From positions 1 through 64,000 of IMG/VR virus record IMGVR_UViG_3300049793_000099: DNA of 64,000 bases; one strand, written 5' to 3'. The notes under the pieces were generated by a model. The model had not been told where the DNA came from, did no database searches, and was given only the letters and a program-made list of their open reading frames with translations. Position 1 is the stretch's first letter, and each line of letters opens with the position of its first letter. Positions 9,653 to 18,288 of this stretch are shown piece by piece. This DNA comes from a virus. A program made the translations under genes and the position numbers.

Positions 9653-10387
9653 AAAAACTTAGACAAATTTATTATCTATATATCCATTAAATTATATGGT
9701 AAACGACAACTAATGTGGACATTTCAATAACTAAAATATATAACTATGAAAAAATATATAATTTATACAATAATATCTGGACATACTTATATAATCTGTT
9801 TAATAAATGGCAAACCATCTGTAAAAAATAATCCATCAGATGATCAAATTATGACATTTGATGATTATGATAAAGCTAACACTATTGCTAAAAAAAATAA
9901 TAATAATGATGTAACTTATAAAGTTAAAGAAATCAATACGTAACATTATGTCAACATATTCAAATAATCCACAACAAAATAAATGGGAAATATGGTTTTT
10001 ATCATCAGTAACTATATTTATAGTAATATTAATAATAATAACATCTATACCATTAGAACAATTACCTATATGGTATGATGCACTAACATTAGCATCCTTT
10101 ATTAATTTAATATATTGTATAATAATAGGTTCAAGAAAATGATAACTGAATCATTTCAAAATTATAAAGGTTACACAATTAGATTAAGAGCAGTAACTAA
10201 TAATGGTTTTACATATGATATTATTAAACAAAGACCTAATATAACATCACCAAATGGTATTAAAAATATCTATTTAAAAAAAGTATCATATTGGTATATT
10301 AAACCTGATGAATTATTAAATAAAGCTAAAAATTATATTGATAATTTTGAAAATAATTTAATTAATAAATATAATAAATCTAATTAA
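9091..10387 (+). CDS. Small early ORFs (9091-9324, 9650-9730, 9746-9943, 9948-10142 membrane, 10115-10387)
   Basis: A-rich start motifs; 9948-10142 has two hydrophobic segments. Confidence 0.55.
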
Positions 10388-10525
10388 ATAATAATATTAT
10401 GATAAGAAATAAAATAGAAAGATATATTTTTTCAGAACATCATTTAAAACATCCAACATTAGTATTTATATTAACCTTAAGTTGTTCACTTATTATTGTA
10501 ACTGCAATGCTATTATATATTAAAT

Positions 10526-11218
10526 ATGTTAATTAAAGTAACTAACAAACTTAAAAAAACAAATAATATGAATCAATTTAAAAGAGCACAGATAATAATG
10601 TTACAATCAGTAATAAAATCACATATTTTATTATATCATAACCCAAATGGAGCTATAACATTAAAAAGATATACTTCGGCATTACTATCTAACGAAATTA
10701 GATATGCAAAACATTTATATGTTATTTCAAATGATGAAATAAAAGAAGGTGATTGGATATATGAAGATGAATTTAAAACTATTAGTGTTGCTAAATACAA
10801 TAATTCAGTTTTAGATGAGAAATTTAAAAAGATTATAACTACAACAGATACTTCATTAGAAATAATATCTAAAGGTATTAATCCTGTATATGAAAAATTA
10901 CCTCAACCATCACAACAATTCATTAAAAAATATATTGAATCTTATAATAAAGGAGTTGTTTTATCTGATATACTAGTCGAATATGAACAAAAATATGAAA
11001 CTATGTATAAAGGACAAATTGGATTTCCTGAAGATGATGTTAATTGGTGGATTAATAAAATTAAAATCAATCCTAAAGACAACACTATTAATATTAAACC
11101 ATTGAAAGATAGTTGGAATAAAGAAGAAATTATTAATTTAATTAAATCATTTGCTAATAATTACCAATATGCATCAAATAATATTGGTTATAATAAATGG
11201 ATTGAAGAAAATTTATAA
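10526..11218 (+). CDS. Hypothetical protein of a common Bacteroidota-phage family (start probably 10568)
   Basis: HLYVISNDEIKEGDW, KKIITTTD, LPQPSQQFI..YIESYNKG. Confidence 0.7.
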   Translation: MLIKVTNKLKKTNNMNQFKRAQIIMLQSVIKSHILLYHNPNGAITLKRYTSALLSNEIRYAKHLYVISNDEIKEGDWIYEDEFKTISVAKYNNSVLDEKFKKIITTTDTSLEIISKGINPVYEKLPQPSQQFIKKYIESYNKGVVLSDILVEYEQKYETMYKGQIGFPEDDVNWWINKIKINPKDNTINIKPLKDSWNKEEIINLIKSFANNYQYASNNIGYNKWIEENL

Positions 11219-11295
11219 AATAAAATAACTACGGACGTGGATAGAAATCCTAGCAGAAAGTCACATTATAGTAAGTCTTCGTTATGTGAGAAAAT

Positions 11296-11331
11296 AAACC
11301 ACTGGAATTAATAATTAGTTCTAGTGGTTTT
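11296..11331 (+). terminator. Long hairpin just upstream of the tmRNA
   Basis: aaaccactggaattaa/ttagttctagtggttt. Confidence 0.6.
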
Positions 11332-11347
11332 ATAATAAAATAAATAA

Positions 11348-11710
11348 GGGGGTGACAGGTATTGATACGTGCATAATAATTATATAATTCAGCAGAAATA
11401 GGTGAAAGTTCATTAAATTGAACATTGTTGAAATGACAAAAATCAAATAGTTGCCAATATGCAAGTAGTTCATAACATCTTAAACGGTGGAACTATTGAA
11501 GCTAAATCTGATATTATCTTAGATAAATTAGAATTAGCAGCATAATTAAATAGATTAGAGTAATCTAATCGAACTCAAACTATAGAGTAATTTAGTATTT
11601 CTCCACATTTAGTATTATTTAAGGGAGATTAAAGATTAAAATATACAATAAGCTGTATAAAATTATATATTAAAAGTAAAGTAGACCGGACTTCAATGTC
11701 CGCACCTCCA
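11348..11710 (+). ncRNA. ssrA: tmRNA (SsrA), 363 nt, CCA not encoded
   Basis: Acceptor GGGGGTG/CACCTCC-A with G3:U70, T-arm CGGAC/GTCCG, internal reading frame 11453-11545 ending LELAA-stop after an AAATAGTT-GCC resume context. Confidence 0.92.
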
Positions 11711-12200
11711 CTAACTAACTAATTATTAATTAGTTATAAAGAAAGCTGTTACTTGAGTTAGCACTAGGACAGTAACTATTATCAGAGGAAGCTAATCTCT
11801 TGGATAATCCTGCAGGTTGTGACCAGTACACATAAAAAGACTTCTACCAGTTAGAATAAGTATACACCGTTATGGTTAAGTTCTGACATTTTTTTAAATA
11901 AATAAAATCAAAAATAAAACAGTCCGTGTAAACTGTGAATAAATAATACTTAGTGCAAATGTCTAGCACCCTTATCAATAGATGTAACAATTATAAGCAT
12001 TTATAATCAAGTATTAGAGATGTTTCAGAAATGAATTATAACAAATCGAGAAATAGATTATAATGTAAGCATAAAACTTATAATTGGGGAAATATAAATT
12101 GACAACTTACAGTGTTATTTTATAAAAATTATAAATAAAAAATTAAATTCCAATTATTAATATGCGAAATAAAGTGTCCTTAAATGGTCAATAACTGAAT

Positions 12201-12303
12201 AATAATTATATAATGTTGCTAGGCTTGTAACCTAGAAATGGAGGTTTAAATCCTCGTGCTACAACTCAGAAATAGTGAGCATTAACATAATAATATAATT
12301 ATT
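12201..12303 (+). ncRNA. tRNA-Thr(UGU)-shaped element in permuted order
   Basis: CTAGG-CTTGTAA-CCTAG arm, GAGG-TTTAAAT-CCTC arm, closing stems. Confidence 0.4.
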
Positions 12304-12402
12304 GAAAAGGTTAAATATTACATAAGTAAAACTAAATCTGATATTCTTAAATGAATACAAAACCTATTGTGGAATAATAGTAAGCAATAGTTATAAATAT
12401 AA

Positions 12403-12440
12403 AAAAAAGGTTTTTAATATATTAATTAAAAACCTTTTTT
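12403..12440. terminator. Bidirectional-type hairpin
   Basis: aaaaaaggtttttaat/attaaaaacctttttt. Confidence 0.6.
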
Positions 12441-12468
12441 AAATTAAAAACAACTAAATATTAAAATT

Positions 12469-12858
12469 ATGAACACAGAAAAATTTACAACAGTTACTTA
12501 TACATTAGAAAATGATACAAAAATTGTACAACCCATTAACAAACAAGCTTTTATTAATGAAAAAGGTCGTAAAAGAACAGAAGGAGAATTTCATAAATTA
12601 TTTACAGACACCGCTTGGGATAAAAGAGCTATTTCATATACAATTGATTCTGAAACAAATGAATCGTTGTCAAAAGAAAAAGAAATTCATTTCACTAAAA
12701 ATGAAAAAAAAGTAACTAAAAGAGATTATAATGATTTCAAACAATCAAATCCAAACGGATTTAAACAATCATTGAAATCTTTTCAAAAACAATTTGTTGA
12801 TTCAATTACAAATTGTAAAAGAATCAGAATAAATATTGGTAATATAATTTTACAATAG
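12469..12858 (+). CDS. Hypothetical protein
   Basis: AACTAAA...AATTATG start motif. Confidence 0.7.
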   Translation: MNTEKFTTVTYTLENDTKIVQPINKQAFINEKGRKRTEGEFHKLFTDTAWDKRAISYTIDSETNESLSKEKEIHFTKNEKKVTKRDYNDFKQSNPNGFKQSLKSFQKQFVDSITNCKRIRINIGNIILQ

Positions 12859-12859
12859 T

Positions 12860-13118
12860 ATGATAACAATGTTTATAATTATATGGTTGTTACTAGGTGT
12901 AATATCTGTATGGAGAAATTATCATAGGTGGTTAAAATTTTGGTATATTACATTTAATGAAAATTATTGGAAATATGCTAAAACAGAAAAATGGTAAGGT
13001 ATTTAAAATATTATTTTGGGGATCTCCCATACTTATATTAGGAGGCTTGATTACTTTATTATTATCTGAATGTTTTTTAGAAGAAAATTGTTGGTGGTTT
13101 ACTACTAAAAAAAAATAA
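12860..13118 (+). pseudogene. Frameshifted membrane-protein ORF
   Basis: MITMFIIIWLLLG...EKW-stop; a hydrophobic frame (KVFKILFWGSPILILGGL...) continues after the A-run near 12990. Confidence 0.45.
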
Positions 13119-13129
13119 ATAAAATTTTA

Positions 13130-13383
13130 AATTAAATCACTTAATCCTTAAAATGGCTAGGAATGCATTATTGTATGTATATATTGAACAATTCAAGAGA
13201 TTTATTTTAAATCAAATGTAGTAGTAAATATTAATATAATAACAAAATTTGTAAGAGTTAATTTTTTTATTTAGAATATTAAAACTTTTATTTCTAGTAC
13301 TCCATATATGGACGAAGTAAATAATATTACATTTTAATACAATAAATATATTAATTAGCGCCACTTACTTAGGTGATTTAATT
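13130..13383 (+). ncRNA. Candidate structured RNA closed by a long stem
   Basis: aattaaatcactt/aggtgatttaatt plus nested tggc/gcca, attgtat/atacaat, aaatgtagta/tattacattt. Confidence 0.4.
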
Positions 13384-13402
13384 AAATTTAAAAATATAGA
13401 AA

Positions 13403-14705
13403 ATGCGAAAAGATATAATATTACCTAAAAATCCAACAAATCAAGATGTTGAGGATTATTATAAATTGAGTCAAAATTATACAAATTTTTTTGAAAAAAG
13501 AAATTATAATATTGGTGATAAAATAATAATTAGTGATAATCCTTGTTCAATGGCATGTGGATGTTATTGGAAAAATAATGAACATGATAATTTTATAAAT
13601 CCAAATGAAATATACACGATTAAACATATTCATTATTTTGGAGGAGGTTGTCCACCAACATTATTAGAAATTAAAGAATTGCCTCAAACACATTCTTATG
13701 ATACTGCAATTAATGCAAATATATTTAAGGTGATTTAATTTAATTAAAACTAAAAAATATTATGAATCAAAATAAATTTTCAATCTATATAATTTGTGCT
13801 TTTACACATTTTATGTGGTTTTATATAATGGAATTAACAACTCCATTTCAAGTAAGAAATTCAGTAACTATAAACGGAAATTTTATTGAATTAATAAGAT
13901 AAAAAAACTAACAAAACTAAAAATTATGACAACAATTACAACATTACAAAAAGCAGGTTATAAAGGAGCTAAAATAACTTCTATGGTTAAAGCTATTGAA
14001 TCTCAAGAGATATTTAAATATTTGAGATTAGTTCAACAAAATGAATTTAGTAAATTAAAAAATACTTATAATAAAGTTGGTTATTTAACTCAACCTTATT
14101 ATAGTTATCTTTGGCAACTTTATTGGAATTTTGTATTAAATGATTTTAGATTTGATAATAAATCTAAAGATTGGTCAATTCCTACTAAAATTAAAAAAGT
14201 TGAACATCAACATATTGGTATGAAAATATTACATAATGTGTAGTTTACAATTCCCTAATAGTGAAATAGTTTATACTCATCTTTGGAATAGAATAGATTT
14301 AAATAACAGTTTAAAAAATAACTAAATTATGGAAATAGATAAATTAGTAGAAGAATGTAAAGAATTTTTTAAAAAAAGTTACATTAGAAAAACTAATTTT
14401 GAAAATGATTTAATGGAATTATTAGATGAAGAAATTATTACATTTGAAGAATATAAACAAATAACTAAAAATAAAGAATTATGGAAACATTTATTACAAT
14501 ATTGATAGTATTAGCAACTATAATTATCTGTTATTATATTAATAGATATATAGTAAAAGTTGTTAATAAAACTAATTACAGTTGGGAAGAAGTTAAAACA
14601 AATTTATTAATGAGTATATTTATACCAGTATCATTTATATATTGGATAATATATTTAGTAAATATTATACCTTCATTACCAGAGAAGCCACCAAGATGGT
14701 TATAA
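13403..14705 (+). CDS. Small early ORFs (13403-13738 Cys-rich, 13762-13902, 13926-14243, 14481-14705 membrane)
   Basis: Open frames with A-rich start motifs. Confidence 0.6.
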
Positions 14706-14720
14706 ACTAATTAAAAAAAT

Positions 14721-14790
14721 AGAACGGAAGTGTATTGGTAGCACAGGTTAAATACTTAACAAAGTGGAAGGTCGATTCTTTCACGTTCTC
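14721..14790 (+). tRNA. tRNA-like element with collapsed anticodon loop (pseudo-tRNA)
   Basis: AGAACG/CGTTCT acceptor, GTGT-ATTGGTA-GCAC D-arm, GTTAA-ATAC-TTAAC (4-nt loop), GGAAG-GTCGATT-CTTTC T-arm. Confidence 0.6.
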
Positions 14791-14864
14791 AAACTATGTT
14801 TCATAATATGTAGTTTTTAGTTAGTTAATTTGAACCCTATCAGAAATGATGGGGTTTATTTTTT
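14791..14864 (+). ncRNA. Putative ~70-nt sRNA antisense to translation-initiation regions
   Basis: Reverse complement of 14797-14831 is AAATTAACTAACTAAAAACTACATATTATGAAACA; ends in a terminator. Confidence 0.5.
14833..14864 (+). terminator. Intrinsic terminator with GAAA loop
   Basis: aaccctatca-gaaa-tgatggggtt followed by tatttttt. Confidence 0.85.
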
Positions 14865-15092
14865 AACAAACTATATTATGAATAATAAAATAATAAATAA
14901 TAACTAATTAATAAAAATTATGGAATATATTAAAAAAGAAGATTTAAAAGATAGTGAAATTTATAAAACATCAAATGGTTATATATTTAAATATTTAGAT
15001 AAAAATGATAAAATATAATAATAATTTAAAATCTAAAACCTCATATAAAGGATGGTTAGATCATTGTAACAGTATAAATTTAAAAAGAAAAT

Positions 15093-15629
15093 ATGAAAAC
15101 TATTAAAATTAAAAAAAAAGAATTTCAAAAATTATATGATATTGCATGTAATCAATGGCAACCAATATTTCAAGAAAAATTTAAAGAATTTTTATTTGAA
15201 GATTATATTGAATTTGATGAATCATTTTTATTAAAAATGCAAAAAGCTTGTACAGATCCACAATTAAAAGTATTTAATGTAATATTTAAACCTTATTTGG
15301 AAGAAGTTATAGATTTATTTAGTATAAATACTTATAAAAAAGTTTGTAAATAATTAAAAGAAAAAATGGAAATTTGTCCATTTAGAAAAATTAAACAAAT
15401 TGAGAAATTATTTAATGATAATTGGAAAGTAAACCTTACAGATCCAAATCAAGCAAAATATTATCCTTATTTTGAAATAAAAAGTTCTGGTTTGGTGTTC
15501 GGTGGTTCTAGCTACAGCTACTGCAGCTTTTTTGGGCGGGTTGCCTTTTACAAAGATAGTAAAACCTCTGATTTTGTTGGTAAAACATTCTTAAAAGAAT
15601 ACGAAGAATTTGGAAATTACAAAGGTTAA
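15093..15629 (+). pseudogene. DGR target gene interrupted by an in-frame TAA (15351-15353)
   Basis: The two track ORFs share a frame and only LKEK separates them; the C-terminal W...D.NQ.KYYPYF...F.GK.F region carries the VR. Confidence 0.7.
15483..15546 (+). repeat. DGR variable repeat (VR)
   Basis: 64-nt copy of the TR with 16 mismatches, all at TR adenines. Confidence 0.92.
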
Positions 15630-15640
15630 TATTATAAACT

Positions 15641-15704
15641 AGTTCTAGTTTAGTGTTCAATAGTTCTAACTACAACAACTACAACTTTAATGAGCAAGTT
15701 ACCT
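15641..15704 (+). repeat. DGR template repeat (TR)
   Basis: AAC/AAT-rich, non-coding, enclosed by a 10-bp stem 15625-15634/15720-15729. Confidence 0.92.
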
Positions 15705-15839
15705 CTACTTTAATAATATTAATATTAACATTAACTCTTGCTAAAAAATATAAAAATTGAAATAATTCTTAGTAATGAAAATGAAAAGTATTATTGAAAA
15801 GTAAACAATTAATAAAATAATAACAAATAAATAATAATT

Positions 15840-16118
15840 ATGAAAACAGATAAAACAAAAGTATTTTTTAGATACTCAGAAGATAGAACTATTACAGCAG
15901 TTGCTAAAAATGTTCAAACAAATGAAGAAATTGCAACTAGAGAAGTAAAACTTCGTCATGGTGATACACCAAATAAAGTTGTTGGTAGAAAATATGCTTT
16001 TAAAAAATTAATGGATTATAGTTTAGTTAACAATTTATTACCAAAACTTGAAATTGGTGCATTATGGAAATTATTTGGATCAATTTGTAAACAACCTAAT
16101 TATAAATTAGCTTATTAA
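15840..16118 (+). CDS. Hypothetical protein
   Basis: GD..NK.VGRKYAF motif; no RT motifs. Confidence 0.7.
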   Translation: MKTDKTKVFFRYSEDRTITAVAKNVQTNEEIATREVKLRHGDTPNKVVGRKYAFKKLMDYSLVNNLLPKLEIGALWKLFGSICKQPNYKLAY

Positions 16119-16302
16119 TGAAATATTTAGTAATGCTTTATAATTATCTTTTTGATTTTGTAAAATTTAAAAAAGGATGTTAAATCTTTTAATTTAGATT
16201 CCGAAGAAAGACAAAATATAGAATTTATTGAAATAAAAAAGGATGAAATAGATAATTAACTATCATATAGTTTTAAAATATGACTCATTTTAAAACGTAA
16301 AT

Positions 16303-18282
16303 ATGAATAAAAAATTATATGTTTTTGATTTGGAGACATACCCTAATTTCTTTCTAGCAGTATTTAAATGTATTATTACGAGTGAGTATCATTACTTTGA
16401 AATAAGTGATAGAAAAAGTAATCAAATCAATTTAAAAAAATTTCTCAATGAGCAAGTTAAAGGTTTAATAGGTTTTAATAATCTTAATTTTGATTATCCA
16501 GTATTACATAATACTATATTAAAATCAAATAAACTTTTAACTGCTCAAGAAATTTATAAAGAAGTTGAAACTATTATCAATACTAAATATTCAGCTATTT
16601 GGGATAATCAAATTAAGATACCTCAATTGGATTTATATCGTATTTGGCACTATGATAACAAAAATAAAAGTACATCACTTAAATGGCTTGAATTTGCTAT
16701 GAGATTACCTAATGTTGAAGATTTACCATATAAACCTGGTACAATTTTAACATTTGATCAAATGGATGAAATTATTAGTTATTGTAAAAATGATATTGAA
16801 GCTACTGAGAAATTTTATAATCTTAGTTCTAAACATATTGAAATTAGAAAATTTTATACTCAATTAGAAGATATGAATTTAATTAATGCTTCTGAGATTA
16901 AAATGTCTAAAGAAATCTTTGGTAAATATTTATCAAAAGAAATGAAAATAGACATTAAAACTCTTTCTAAATTAAGAACAGAACGTTCTGAAGTAATTAT
17001 TAAAGATATAACATTCGATTATTTAAAATTTGATGATCCACTTAATCAAGAAATATTAGAAAAATTCAATTCATATAAATGGATTGATACATCTAATATA
17101 TCTAAAGAACAAGCTAAAAAATATTCAATCTCTTTTAGTAGAAATTATAAAAATGTAATTAGAGAATATGCTGAAGGTGGATTACATTCATTTGGTAAAG
17201 CTGGTATATATGAATCAGATAATGATTATGTTTTAGTTGATGTAGATTTTGCATCATATTATCCTCATATATCATTTAGAAATAAATTACATCCAGAACA
17301 TATTCCAGAACCAATTTTTAGTAACATTTATGAAGGATTCTATAAAGATCGTAAATTATATGATAAAAAAGATCCTCGTAATTATGTATTAAAAATTATT
17401 CTTAATGGTAGTTATGGATTATCTAAAGATAAATACGCATTTTTATATGATCCGAAATGGCAATTAGCAATTTGTATTAATGGTCAATTAATGTTAACAT
17501 TATTAACAGAAAGGGTATTTGAATATTGTAAAATAGAACCAACTATTATATTTGAAAATACAGATGGAGCAATGTATAAAATATATAAATCAGATTATGA
17601 TAATTTAACTAAAGCTTGTAAAGAAGTTGAAGAAATAGTTAATATTCCTTTAGAAACACAAACTTGTGAAAAAATTATAATTAGAGACGTTAATAATTAT
17701 ATAAACATTATTAACTCTGATAGTATTAAATTTAAAGGTTGTTTTGAAATAGATAGAGACTATCATAAAAATCATTCTAAAAGAATTGTATCAATTGCAT
17801 TAGCTAATTATTTTATTAATAATATATCAGTTGAAGATACTATTTATAATCATTTAAAAAAAACTAAATATTCATTTTGTGAAAATTATGGAATATATGA
17901 TTTTTGTTTAGGTGCTAAAATGAAAGGTAAAAATGAATTAATTCAAAGGTATTGGAAAGCTTATGATTTAATTGAAGAATCTTTATCTAAAATGAATAGA
18001 TATTATGTATCTAATATTGGTGTTGAATTGATTAAAAAATTACCACCATTAGAAAAACATTATCTAACAGAAACTGATAAATATAAACTAAAATTTGATC
18101 CAAATCAAATAAATATATTTGATATTATTGAAGATATTAAAATTGATGCTGAAGATAGAGATGAAAATCTAGAAGCTGGTTACAAATGTACATTATTTAA
18201 TAAATATAAAGAATATGATTATGATTTAAATTATGATTATTATATTAAAGAATGTTACAATATTATTGATAAACTTAAATAA
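16303..18282 (+). CDS. polB: Family B DNA polymerase (crAss-type)
   Basis: Exo motifs FDLET, GFNNLNFDY, YCKND; Pol motifs DFASYYP, KIILNGSYG, NTDG. Confidence 0.95.
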   Translation: MNKKLYVFDLETYPNFFLAVFKCIITSEYHYFEISDRKSNQINLKKFLNEQVKGLIGFNNLNFDYPVLHNTILKSNKLLTAQEIYKEVETIINTKYSAIWDNQIKIPQLDLYRIWHYDNKNKSTSLKWLEFAMRLPNVEDLPYKPGTILTFDQMDEIISYCKNDIEATEKFYNLSSKHIEIRKFYTQLEDMNLINASEIKMSKEIFGKYLSKEMKIDIKTLSKLRTERSEVIIKDITFDYLKFDDPLNQEILEKFNSYKWIDTSNISKEQAKKYSISFSRNYKNVIREYAEGGLHSFGKAGIYESDNDYVLVDVDFASYYPHISFRNKLHPEHIPEPIFSNIYEGFYKDRKLYDKKDPRNYVLKIILNGSYGLSKDKYAFLYDPKWQLAICINGQLMLTLLTERVFEYCKIEPTIIFENTDGAMYKIYKSDYDNLTKACKEVEEIVNIPLETQTCEKIIIRDVNNYINIINSDSIKFKGCFEIDRDYHKNHSKRIVSIALANYFINNISVEDTIYNHLKKTKYSFCENYGIYDFCLGAKMKGKNELIQRYWKAYDLIEESLSKMNRYYVSNIGVELIKKLPPLEKHYLTETDKYKLKFDPNQINIFDIIEDIKIDAEDRDENLEAGYKCTLFNKYKEYDYDLNYDYYIKECYNIIDKLK

Positions 18283-18288
18283 TTAAAA

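Noticed and set aside
11840-11890. Purine riboswitch-like CTTCTACC...CCGT...CTGAC
   Set aside because: No P1/P2 with the required loop, and no downstream gene
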